DNA from: Phoronis australis
Taxonomy: Eukaryota; Animalia; Phoronida
Direction: 5' to 3'
Length of the DNA: 64,000 nt
Assembly: GCA_002633005.1 (NCBI GenBank)
Contig: NMRA01000069.1
Location: forward strand, 611,740 to 675,739
Position 1 is the stretch's first letter, and every line of letters begins with the position of its first letter. A program made the position numbers and the translations under genes. Shown here one piece after another: positions 40,577 to 51,573 of the stretch. The notes below the pieces were generated by a model. That model was not told where the DNA came from. It saw only the letters and a list, made by a program, of their open reading frames with translations, and did no database searches.

Positions 40577-41909
40577 TCTATTAATATCACTTATTGTACA
40601 TCGTAGGCTTTGCTTACTCATACAGAAATACATAAATTCAAATGTATATTCAGAGTATTTACACGGACAGCAGTTCTTCTCTTAAGCCATAGTCTTCTCA
40701 GTGAATATCTATTTGAATAAATGTGCGTCATCACGACCCGAACACTAATGTATGAGTATAACCCAAAGCACAACTACTGTAAAATACAGCCGACACTTAA
40801 AACATATACGTATTACAACTACACCAAACAGTTGCCACAGCTGGAGAACTGTAACAGCAATCAGTCAGACAAAACTGTAATTAATGACAGAATTAAGTTA
40901 CGCACCTGTATCTTCCTTCATGTATCGGGTAAGACACCATCTCCTCACGGTGCGCACTTTCAAGGAAATGGCCAAAATCTGTAACAGAAGGTCGACCCAC
41001 TCAAAGGGAAACATTCAAGGGTCATGCTATTATTTCTCAGGAGGGGTTATTGCGCTTTCCAATGAACTACGAGCACACCAAGTAATCGAAGTGCAACAAC
41101 CCTGTAACCACGTCATTACACAATCCAGATCAATAAACTCGCCTTTTAGAGATACTGAATACCAAAAGAGTGTTATCAATGGAAAATCGTGCCACATGTC
41201 ATCTTGGAGTGAATAAACGGGAGAGATCTTCGAGGGCATTGCATATGAATGGAAACTTTCAAAAACTAAACCGCATGGGGGCTGCGACGAAGTTAGATGC
41301 AGGTCGTCCGTCAGTCTTGATTCGTGAACAGAGATTTGTGGTCTCTCAAACGGATAGGTCGGTGATTTTTGTTTCCTGTCTGTCAGCTTTCGATTCAGGA
41401 ACTCGTATTGCCCGCCCTGATTAACGCGAACCCTACCGGTTATAGCATGAGAATATCCATAGTCAAAAGTGATATGTAAAGTGTTGCTATAAATCTGTCT
41501 AAAAGTAAATTTGTACAACTGTATGCGCGAGTTTTCTATTTAACCTATTAAAACGAGTCTTAAAAGCAAAATTAACATCAACAGACGCACGTGTACAACC
41601 TGGGAAGCTCATTTATATTGAGAAACAAATTGTTGAAGGCACTGTATTCATATGTCTTCACACAGGTCATATGTTGGTCACATCATATGAAGACGTGTCA
41701 AACAAGTAGATTGTTACTGTGGCACAATTAATTGTCTATGCAATTTACAAAAAAAAACAACTATCTAGTTTAACATTATGTAAAATGTGAGCATTTGTTT
41801 CAATACTACATTTGTCCAAGGTTTCATTACAGAGCACGTGTCGGATCGAGTCTAGTACAGTCACTTGTCTTTGAAAGTTTATTATTGGAGTTCATGGTAA
41901 TTATTTAAA

Positions 41910-42600
41910 AACCTAATGACTTTGTAGAATGTATCCATTCTAGTAATGACGATGGTATTCTTCTATGTCAAAATGTTTCCGATGTGAAAGTTTTGTGATA
42001 TGCTGATGATATGGCTTTGTGTACTTAATCTCCACTTAAACTGCAAAAACTACTGTGTGCTTTAAGTAAGTTCGGCCAGGAATGGAGCGTGTCTGTAAAT
42101 TTAGTGAAGACCACAGTTATGGTGTTTAGAAACGGAGGTCCCTTGAGAAATTGCGAGATGTGGTATTTTGGAGGTGAAAAACTCAAGTGATTTCCATGCC
42201 AGCTACAAGTATATTGGTGTTGTGTTCACGCCAAAGTTATTGTGGACTATGGCTGCTCAGACTCTGTCAGCCCAAGCCACGGAGGTATATTACAGTCGAC
42301 AAGTTACAAAGAAGCTGGACCATATTTCAACCACGTGTGGCTTTTGAGACATTTGATAAAATAATTTACCCCAGCTCATACTACACGTATGGAGCCGAAA
42401 TATGGGGCTTACAAGAATACAACTGGTTAGAACAAGTGCAAATTAAATTTTGAAGGCGTGTATTGGGTGTAGCTAATTCATGCTGAAACAATGCTGCACT
42501 GAGCGCATGTCGGTGGTTGCCGTTATTTACTAATCACTATGTTGCCGTGATCACGTATTGGTTCAAACTTCTCAAAATACCTCCTCGCATGACTTTGACC
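41910..42600 (+). mobile_element. Decayed RTEX-like LINE reverse transcriptase fragment
   Basis: YADDMAL, LQKLL, VNLVKTTVMVFRNGG, YKYIG, YGAEIWG...EQVQIKF, with stops and frameshifts. Confidence 0.85.
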
Positions 42601-42654
42601 AAAATGGTCGGCACTCCCGAAATTGAGCCACATCACTTGGACTTATACATGTAC

Positions 42655-42910
42655 AGCCGATTTTATAAAGGTGGTTTAAAGTTAAACCTGGTTTAAACTG
42701 GACTTAGTCCAGGCTTAAAGATAATCTGCATTTCATAAAGGTGGCTTAACTTTTAGACCAGTGGTCTAGTAAAACCTGGTTTAACTCCTATTTAGACCTG
42801 GTCTAAGTCAGTTTTTATTTCACCAACGAAGTCTATATTCTTTAGATCTGTATTAAGCTCTTAAACCAGGTTTAACTTTAGACTTGATCAGACCTACATG
42901 TAGGTTTAAC
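42655..42910. repeat. MITE-like relic with repeated aaacc.ggtttaa motifs
   Basis: Repeated ataaaggtgg.ttaa and aaacctggtttaa motifs. Confidence 0.4.
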
Positions 42911-43043
42911 TGTTAAATATAACAGACTTGCATGATATAGGTGCAACTGAATGTGGCCGCGGTGTGTATTTACGACGCAGTTTTAGAGCAAAAATGGAAT
43001 ATTTTCAATATTCAGTTTTACGACGACACAAGATCAAACGTAG

Positions 43044-43198
43044 CAGGGGCGGATCCACGACTTTTAAGGGGAGGGGGTCGGTCAAGGACTTTTTAAAAGG
43101 GGGGACCAAGTCAACAATTTGAAGATTATAGATTTGATCTCACTAAAATCAAGCAAAAATGGAGTCCGGACCCCTTCACCCCCTTGGATCCGCCTATG
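43044..43198. mobile_element. MITE with GGCGGATCC TIRs (hAT-like), probable 5-bp TSD
   Basis: CAGGGGCGGATCCA ... TGGATCCGCCTATG; flanks CGTAG / TGTAG. Confidence 0.7.
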
Positions 43199-44830
43199 TG
43201 TAGACCAGTTCGTGCTGGATAGTGTCCTGCGGATTCTTCAGAATACGACTGGTCGAGCAGGGCGTCATCGTCATAAGCAATACGGGTTTGACTGAAGACA
43301 GCATTTTCTGATTTTTCCGAGTTCCACCTCCATTGGTCTCCGATTTAATGCTGCCGGGAAGGGGTCTTGCACCCTCCTTTGGCAGCGAAAAATAAACACT
43401 AAAATGGCACGGAAATAAGTTTGGGCAATTATGATATTACGGCTAATCGTGAGCATGTACTTTAATGTGTGTATACGTGTGTTGGTCACACACATTACAT
43501 TTTTCCTCATGAGAAAAGCTTTTACGCCTTTTTCACAAATGTCTGCACTGATTCTACTAGTCTGTGTCATTGTATACCCACGTGATCAAGGTTTCATTGA
43601 AGCACTTCACTGACCTAGTTAACTCAAGGTACTTACAAGAAACCCACGTACAAATTTAAGCGAAAAGTGTCAGCTGGCTGAGATAGAGTTATTTGCTGTT
43701 ATTAGCTTTGACTATACAGATATAAAATGATATTGAGAAATCACCAGATCAAGTCCTCGGGGGAACACCCTATTTTGAAGTTTGCACGGAAGTTACCTAC
43801 AGATAGGTCTTTTTGGCCGAGTCCATTCTGTAAATGTCGGAATATCCTCCAGCTCAACTCCAAGCCAAACTAGAATAGTCGAATACCCCCCGGGTCGACT
43901 CCAACATCACTTTGTATTTTTCAATCGATAACCTTGGGTCGTGGGACTATCTATTATTTCGTGGGGTTAAAGGATATTTTTGACGCATGAAATGCCGTTT
44001 CATTATTTTTATTGATCGTGCAATTACATCTTATCAAAGTTTTTAATTGTGAAATGAAATGCAAATGTATTCATTATGAAGAAGGCAGATTGGCGTCCAT
44101 GATTTGTGTTTCGGCACACACTCACTGCTCCCCCTCCCTTGCTATACAACGACCAAGCCTGGTGAGCAAGGCGTTTTTATCGATTGAGAGCGGGAATTCC
44201 CGGGTTTTAGTTCTTATAAACGCTTGCTAGTCCAAACATTGCCGTTTGCACACAGTAAGCTTCCAGACATCGGGAACAAGGCAGTGCGTCAGAAAAAAAA
44301 TGAAACCAGAAGAAGAGTTGATGCAGCTTCACCAGCCATGTCGTGTTCTCAGGTTTGAACGTATTGATTGTGTTGTGACCTTTCAGTATCCATGATGCTT
44401 TGGTTCAGTAGTATTAGCGATTGAAATATTTGAACAAGTATACGGTGAGTGATTGTTACAGAATAATCTGATTGCCGGCAAATGAGTAAATCAAAAGTGA
44501 AGAGACGACGTACTCTACACAGATATAGAACTATACTCGGGTAGAGTTCAGAAGCTGTCTCGTGGCAAAAAAAATATAAAAAATCTAGCCAAAATCTCAT
44601 GTTCTCATTTAAAATACACGACAATATCTCAAGTCGTCTCAACAATTCTTGCAAGGTCCTGGCGTAGGTCCTAACGTTAGTGAACTCAGGGTGGGACATA
44701 CATGTATGACACTGAAATCATATTGCTCTAACCGCAAAAGTTGCAGAAGTGCTAGTGTAAACGCGATTTCCTACCTTAGTATTTGACACCAGGGGCTTCA
44801 TGACGTAAGGCTAATGGTTTCTCAGTCCTG

Positions 44831-44969
44831 CCTCCCTTTCAGTAACGCTAGGACCTCGCTAAAAAGCAAGACTTAGTGAGATTACATGAGATATTGCCGT
44901 GTAAATTAAATGAGAACACGTGACTTTGACTAGGTTTTAATTAGGTATTAGCGTCTACTCAACGCACGC
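44831..44969. mobile_element. PIF/Harbinger-like MITE, second copy
   Basis: Reverse complement of 39664-39815; CTG flanks on both sides. Confidence 0.65.
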
Positions 44970-45360
44970 CTGGTCAACTTGTTCCGGTGCACCAGAACAA
45001 GTCCCGTTTTGTAGGCAACGGAGATTACGCAGGATCAAATCCGAGGTGACACGCGCGTGTGTGCTTTTTGAAAATTTGTCAGTTTCTCGCCATTAGCTTA
45101 GCATTATTAGCACAACTTGTATATAGAACAATTGCACACGATTGCGGTGTTTGTTCCAATTTTACTGCGTTCCTATATGCAGCAATGAACTCATGTACAC
45201 TTGTAATTGAGCTAAATGTCCCTCTGGTTTAGATAACTAAAAACAAAAACCTTTCTCACCTTTTACACGTACCCTGATCGGTTTTGTATTTGTTATCAGC
45301 AACAACTTTGACTCAAGATACTCCTTCAGATTTTATTGCGAAGCTGAAAAAGGCACGAGC

Positions 45361-45725
45361 ACGCATTGATTGCGACTTGAATTTTCGTCTCATTTCATTT
45401 GGCAACAATTCAAGATGGATAAGCGTGGCATAGCATTTATAGACCAAAGCGCTTCAGTAAGAATTCCAGATTGAAAGTATATACGCATTGCTTGCGACTT
45501 GCATTATCAGCTCATTTATTTGGCAACAGTTCAAGATCGAATAAGCATGGCATAGTTTTTATACACTAAAGTGCGTCAGTAAGAATTCCAAATTGACAGC
45601 ATATACGCATTGCTTGCGACTTGCATTGTCAGCTCATATATTTGGCAACAGTTCAAGATCGAATAAACATGGATGGCATAGTTTTTATACACTAAAGTGC
45701 GTCAGTAAGAATTCCACATTGACAG
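45361..45725 (+). repeat. 3 x ~122-bp tandem repeat immediately upstream of the ApoL-like exon
   Basis: acgcattg.ttgcgacttg...ggcaaca.ttcaagat...tcagtaagaattcca starting at 45361, 45483 and 45605. Confidence 0.9.
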
Positions 45726-45816
45726 TTTAACAGCTGCGAATTGGCCCTTTAAATATTCACGCTAACAACATGCAGATCTCCATTTTTGCAGATGGAGCAA
45801 GAATGCGTTTTGCAAC

Positions 45817-46602
45817 ATGACACATGACCAAATCAGATGTCTGGCACAAGAAACTGGAAAAGAAATGGTTGCAACACGACTTCAGATCATCCAAACGCTC
45901 AGACAAATGGTGAACGAAGTGGAAGCAATACACAGAGACGTACATATAGCAAAGGCTGCAGGGGCTTCTGTGTCCATAATCGGGGGAGGACTTTCAGTTG
46001 GGGGCTTCATAGCCTCTTTTTTCACTTTTGGAGCTGCTGGAGTTGTGGCGATAGTCGGCGCAGCTATAGCTGGATCAGGAGGGGTGACCACCTTCGGAGC
46101 ATCTATTGGTGACATTGTTCAAAACAAGAGGTACAAAAAGAAACAAATGCAACTGTTCCAAAAAGATAAACTTCTAGTGGATCAGCTGTTGGAGTTGATC
46201 TCCTTACTTCCGGAAAACAACAATCCAGGTATTAAGGAGACCTCAGAAAATGAGACGTGCAATATTGAGAACGTGCTCTCAAGCGTCAAAGGAACTGCCA
46301 TTGTTGGTAAGTCTGTGGCAGATGTTGCTAAGACGGCTGTCACCCTAGCTACCGAGGTGGGGGATGACGTCGCGGCCACCATATTCAGAGCATCAGGTCA
46401 AGTGACTCGTGGACTTCACATTGCCGGCGGGGTTTTCAGCATTATTGTACTACCCCTCGATATCTACACGCTAGTGACGTCCGCGAAATCCCTTGCAAAG
46501 AAGGAAGGGCCAGCGTTGGCTCAAGCACTGAAGGCTTTGGCTGATGATCTGGAGGATAACTTGTTTGAAATTGAAAACAAGCTTCGTGTACATGGGATCT
46601 GA
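45817..46602 (+). CDS. APOL: Apolipoprotein L-like protein (261 aa; may have an upstream exon)
   Basis: Intact ORF with the ApoL Gly/Ala-rich hydrophobic hairpin IAKAAGASVSIIGGGLSVGGFIASFFTFGAAGVVAIVGAAIAGSGGVTTFGASI and C-terminal GGVFSIIVLPLDIYTLV...AQALKALADDLE; acceptor tttttgcag ends at 45791. Confidence 0.9.
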   Translation: MTHDQIRCLAQETGKEMVATRLQIIQTLRQMVNEVEAIHRDVHIAKAAGASVSIIGGGLSVGGFIASFFTFGAAGVVAIVGAAIAGSGGVTTFGASIGDIVQNKRYKKKQMQLFQKDKLLVDQLLELISLLPENNNPGIKETSENETCNIENVLSSVKGTAIVGKSVADVAKTAVTLATEVGDDVAATIFRASGQVTRGLHIAGGVFSIIVLPLDIYTLVTSAKSLAKKEGPALAQALKALADDLEDNLFEIENKLRVHGI

Positions 46603-46892
46603 AAATAACAATACTGGTTGAATTAAAAGTGATCTAATCCTATAAACTAAGTTTCCAAACGGTCTTCTTCGCAAACTATTTGATAGTGGAGTCTCTTCAA
46701 AGTTTTCAGGACGCGTTATTTTGATCTTAAAAGTCGATAGTTGTTGACAGATTTAGTCGAGAGTCACATGCTCTCCCTCCATGTTTAAATATATGAACTT
46801 GTGTTTATCTACTGTATATATACTATTTCCAAGCTTGTTCGATACAAAGTGCTTCCATTTCCGTGTTAAGATATCGTATACATAATATACAA

Positions 46893-46903
46893 GTGCGTGT
46901 GTA

Positions 46904-46972
<69 letters not shown>
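46893..46972. repeat. (GT)n microsatellite
   Basis: About 40 GT units, a few imperfect. Confidence 0.98.
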
Positions 46973-46974
<2 letters not shown>

Positions 46975-47199
46975 ATACATGTATACACATCTTTTTAAAC
47001 CTGCTATAGTTGTTCTCGTTTTTGTTGATCTTTAATGTTCTACAGTGACATAATACTCTTTAGAGAGTGTGGTCACTTAAACCAAGAAGTAGAAGATGTT
47101 GAAGGTTATAAACATACAAATGTATGGTGTAAAAAATGGACAACGGCTGTGGGCAAACACTGATGGTGTTCATTTCTAGTTAAGCAATTTTAATTTAAT

Positions 47200-47900
47200 C
47201 TAAACAGGGTCATTAGTTGTTATAAATGTTTCGGTGGTATTGTGGATCAACACCTTCAAAATTTGAATACCTTATCTGAAGCTTCTGATAGAGCGTTAGG
47301 AAAGATGTTTTCAACATTTTGTGTTAACAAAAATTTAGGATTCGACACATATAAAAAATTATTTAATTCGAGTGTGGCACCAATTTCGGATTACGAGTCA
47401 TCTGTTTGCGGTTACAAAAATGCGTTAATATATACATATATATATATATATTATTTATTTATTTATTTATTTATTTATTCAATAACTAGGCCTACAGCCC
47501 TTGTTACAATCAAATCATGAAATACATACATACATATTCTAAACAGTTCTATGGGTTTTTATCTAGGGCTCGGTTTACAGCAACTCATGCGATGACATAG
47601 GGTGGGACTCGACCGCCGGAAACAGATGTACGCGGCATCAATCCTCTTCTCAATTTTGACTACTTGTAACATAGAAACAAACTATTTGAATACTCAAAAC
47701 ACGTTAGGGCTCAGTTAACAGCCTATATTTTTAAGTACAAGTTTTTAACCGAACCGTTTGTGAATCTCAATTTATCTCGTTGGCCCAGTTAAGAGCAGGA
47801 AATCTGCCACTGCAGTTGGAAACTGGTCGTAACACTCTTGTAAGCTAAAGACTTTGATTGTGTTTTGACACGGATTATGTGGTGGATGACTTGAAATTTT
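47200..47900 (+). mobile_element. Decayed RTEX-like LINE C-terminal fragment
   Basis: DQHL...LSEASDRALG...GFDTYKKLFNSSVAPISDYESSVCG and LAQLRAGNLPLQLETGR. Confidence 0.7.
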
Positions 47901-48339
47901 GGTTTGGTTTTTCCTATTATAACTCACAGAGGTCTATTCTAGTTCATACGGTTTCAAGTCCCGAACTTTGCAGGCTTCAGAAAGCTAGATACAATAGAAT
48001 TGCTGTTTCAGTGTTTACCTGGGCAATTCCCCAACTATATCAAATCTGCTTTTGAACACACTTATGATACATCTAATTTGTGTAGTTAAAATGACTAATA
48101 AGTCTAACTCGGTTGGGTACTTACGAATGTTTGAATTAATTGTACTTGTCACTATAATAATTAATTACATACATACCTATGGCAATACTGAAAAGTGCCC
48201 ATAAATAATCCTCCATTTAACCGGTATCCTCAACCAGTTTTCACCCCTAGGATCTTCAGCTTTAAAGACCAATATATTATTAGATAATTAAAACAAAGAA
48301 ATTGATTCCCGAAATGTGAACAATACCCTATAGGTATGT

Positions 48340-48600
48340 TGGGAGAGAACCAGATGGAGAAACATAGGAGCGGCCGGGGGAACATCTTGGGGAGACAACA
48401 CAGAGTCAGCTAGGAGAACATCGGGACGGGAAACATAGGGTGACAAGGAAATAGGTTCAGTGGAACGTAAGAGTGGCCGGAGGAACATCTTGGGGAGACA
48501 ACACAGAGCCATCTAGGAGAACATCGGGATGGGAAACATAGGGTGACCAGGAAATAGGTTCAGTGGATCGTAGGAACCAAAGGAAATCAACTGGGGAACA
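48340..48600 (+). repeat. ~115-bp tandem duplication built of gga.aacat subrepeats
   Basis: gaacatcttggggagacaaca..ggagaacatcggga.gggaaacataggggtgac.aggaaataggttcagtgga occurs twice. Confidence 0.8.
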
Positions 48601-49070
48601 CAGGGCTAAGAAAAACGATGAATGAGAACAGCGGCAGACCTCACCGTACATGACATACGAAGACACAACGTAACAATAATAATTATACTGGACATCTGCA
48701 CGAAAGAGCTGATGGACAAATGAATGACTGAAGTTAATGGACAATTTCAAATTAATGCACCGTACCATCATGGGCAGCACAAAAGTGCATTAAATTACAT
48801 TGCATTCAAAAGCCATCCGACCTCCAAGACAACGGAAGTACATTGGTGTTAATAACAGCAGTCAATATTTGTATTGTTTTGTGTGTTTAACTGAAATATG
48901 GTGGAGGCCGCGTCTTCGATGATAAAGCTCTTGCGAATTTTATCAGTTGCAACAACGTTTAATTTGCATTTTTGGTGGATTGCGCAAGACTATACATGTC
49001 AAACCACGAAAAGGTTAGTGGTCACAATTGGACTAACAACTCATTCTGCAAATGTGTTATAACCACATAA

Positions 49071-51573
49071 ATACAGATTATTACATGGCGGAGTCGTTAT
49101 CTTTCGTTATCTAGAGCCTGAGTGGATTTTGGAGAATTATCGCCGGAGGGGTGTTAACGAGAAACATTACAATGAATCGATTTACCTTTCTCGACTCGCC
49201 TCGGCTTTGTAACTACTTTCTAGATCAGAGGCCCGGGGTCGGAGGTCATGACCTTTTAAGAAAAGCCGAGCTATTTTTGTCAAATAATGCTTTTACTCAT
49301 AACTAATTGAAAATTTAAAAAAATAGAAATAAAATGAATTTATAAATTAAGGTTTACCAACTTTTATAGCTTAAAACACATTTTATCACGCTAAGCTTCG
49401 ACCGGGCTACTATCGTCTGTTAAAGTAGGTTACCACTGGTAACTGAGTGTAATGCTCAAGTCAAACGATCCCGACGACACGATACCCGCATTCAAATTGG
49501 AGATCGGTGACTTACAAGTGAGAAAACATGAGAGAAATATTTCACTGATTTAAGATATCGTTTTTATGGAAATTATGCGTCTTATTTTTCGTAGCGTATA
49601 AATGTTAGTACAATGGCCTTTGTTGAACATGGGATTATTGCGAGTGCTCATTTAAGTATTCTTTTTTCACGCTCAATGACGTCAGCCGAGGAGTGGTGTT
49701 GTGGTAAAGTCGGCAACCCGAAACTCTTGAGGCCCGGATTTGAAATAGGCCTCGGTTCCCGCCAAAATGTTATCTCACAAGTGAGATAACTAAATGGGTT
49801 ATTACACGGTTGTATTTGCCTTTCGAGGCTAATATTGTGGTATAAATATAGATTATTACATGGCGAAGTCGTTATCCCCCGTTATCTAGAGCCCAGGTGG
49901 ATTTTGGAGAATTATCGCACGAGGGTGATAATTCTCCAAAATCCACGAGGGCTCTAGATAAGGGGGGTAACGGCTGAGAACATGTAATAATCTATTTATA
50001 ACACATGCTAAACGAGAAACATTGCAATGAATCGATTTACCTTTTCTGACTCTCCACGGCTTTGTACATGTAACTACTTTCTATGTCAGAGGCCCGGGTT
50101 CGGAGGTCGAGGCCTTCTGAGAAAAGCCGAGCTATTTTTGTCAAATGTTGCTTTTACTCAAAACCAATTGAAAATTTAAACAAGATAGAAATAAAGTGAA
50201 TCTATAAATTAAGGTTTAGCAACTATTATAGCTTACTACTCATTTTACCACGCTAAGCTTCGACCGGAAAAATATCGTCTGCTAAAGTAGGTTACTACTA
50301 GTAGCTGAGGATAATGCTCAAGTCAAAGGATCCCGAAGACACGATACCCGCATTCACATTGGATATCGGTGATTTACAAGTGAGAGAACAGGAGAGAAAA
50401 TTTTCACTGAAATAAAATATCGTTTTTATGGAAATTATGCGTCTTATTTTTCATAGCGTATAAAAGTCGGTACAATGCCCTTTGCTGAACATGCGATTTT
50501 TGTGCGTGCTCATTTAAGTATTCTATTTTCATGTTCGATGACGTCAGCCGCTGAGTGGTGTAGTGGTAAAGTCAGCGACTCGAAACTCTTAAGGCCCGGG
50601 TTCGAAACCGGCCTCGGTTTCCCGCCAAAATGTTATCTCACAAGTGAGATAACTAAATGGGTTATTACAAGGTTGTATTTGCCATTCGACGCTATTAATG
50701 TGGTATAAATATAGATTATTACATGGCGAAGTCGTTATCCCACGTTATCTAGAGCCCGAGTGGATTTTGGAGAATTATCGCCCGAGGGGCATTAGCCCCG
50801 AGGGTGATAATTCTCCAAAATCCACGAGGGCTCTAGATAAGGGGGATAACGGCTGAGAACATGTAATAATCTATTTATACCACATATTAAACGAGAAACA
50901 TTGCAATGAATCGATTTACCTTTTCTGACTCTCCACGGCTTTGTAACTACTTTCTATGTCATAGGCCCGGGGTCGGAGGTCGTGACCTTTTAAGAAAAGC
51001 CCGGCTATTTTTGTCAAATAATGCTTTTACTCAACACCAATTGAAAACTTAAATATTATAGAAATAAATTGAATTTATAAATTAAGGTTTACCAACTATT
51101 ATAGCTTAAAACACGTTTTTTTCACGCTAAGCTTCGACCGGGAAATTATCGTCTGCTAAAGTAGGTTACCACTGGTAACTGAATATAATTCTCAAGTAAA
51201 AGATCCTGACGACACGATACCCGCATTCAAACTAGAGATCGGTGATTTGCAAGTAAGAGGACATGAGAGAAAAAATTCACCGAATTAAGATATCATTTTT
51301 ATGGAAATTATGTGCCTTATTTTTCGTAGCGTATAAGTACAGTACTATGCGGTTTGTTGAACGTGGGATTATTGCGTGTGCTCATTTCAGTATTCTATTT
51401 TCACTACGTTAGTCGCTGCGTGGTGTAGTGGTAAAGTCGGCGCCCAGCAATATTAGGGTACCGGGTTCGACCCCGTCCTCGGTTTCCCGCCAAATCGTTA
51501 TCTCACTAGTGAGATAACTATATGGGTTATTACACGGTTGTATCTGCCATTAGACGCTAATATTGTGGTATAA
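49071..51573 (+). mobile_element. Head-to-tail trimer of a ~864-bp Crypton-like palindromic element with a tRNA-like head
   Basis: Units start at ~49071, 49846 and 50709 (ata.agattattacatggcg) and end tgtggtataa; ~175-bp 5' hairpin with a CCCGAGGGGC..AGCCCCGAGG centre; unit 1 lacks part of the hairpin. Confidence 0.85.
50547..50618 (+). ncRNA. tRNA-derived Pol III head (pseudo-tRNA/SINE-like); siblings at ~49685-49756, ~51412-51483 and ~451-553 (-)
   Basis: A box TGGTGTAGTGG, B box GGTTCGAAACC with T-stem CCGG(G)/CCGG, tRNA-like length; poorly paired anticodon stem, so not a functional tRNA. Confidence 0.55.

Larger units (their letters stand above)
13600..40960 (+). repeat. Diverged macrosatellite, ~1.8-2.0-kb unit, about 11 full or partial copies, interrupted by insertions
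   Basis: Anchor ctt/ttt-g.gaaccttc..agtatcgagct near 13888, 20593, 22490, 24324, 27363, 29210, 29578, 30910, 31945, 34536, 39228. Anchor atgtgcgtcatc near 14330, 21113, 22910, 24904, 30148, 32503, 35108, 40721. Anchor ggtatactagtcagcc near 15201, 21933, 23732, 25701, 26800, 30309, 31174, 32959, 38651. Confidence 0.92.
12070..41450 (+). pseudogene. Decayed leucine-rich-repeat gene with an amplified interior (inferred)
   Basis: Plus-strand LRR-like relics: RVPSNLLKKLQN (~13085), LENLQSIEL (13888-13914), LQRNSINTIQHAFWGLE (14104-14154), SDIFGSLP-like, LVHSHCSRRQIPHDNGILVSQCPVV (~25656-25730), ETFKG (~41010), RALHMNGN (~41232). Many stops and frameshifts; no long ORF. Confidence 0.5.

Noticed and set aside
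40491-40685. Poly-Ile ORF; likewise the (HT)n ORF at 46753-46980
   Set aside because: Both are translations of microsatellites.
40960-41600. LRRCT-TM-TIR end of a Toll-like receptor
   Set aside because: No recognisable NP..C.C cap, TM helix or YDAF/RDF TIR boxes were seen, so the LRR relic cannot be called a TLR.
45361-45725. CRISPR-like array (also considered for 48340-48600 and the HINE cores)
   Set aside because: Whole units are repeated with no unique spacers, there are no cas genes, and the context is eukaryotic.
45837-46382. Overlapping ORFs within the ApoL-like gene (and 58175-58897 within GT31)
   Set aside because: Shadow frames of real coding sequence.
50547-50618. Functional tRNA-Ser(CGA)
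   Set aside because: Anticodon and acceptor stems pair poorly, there is no long variable arm, and the loop differs between copies.
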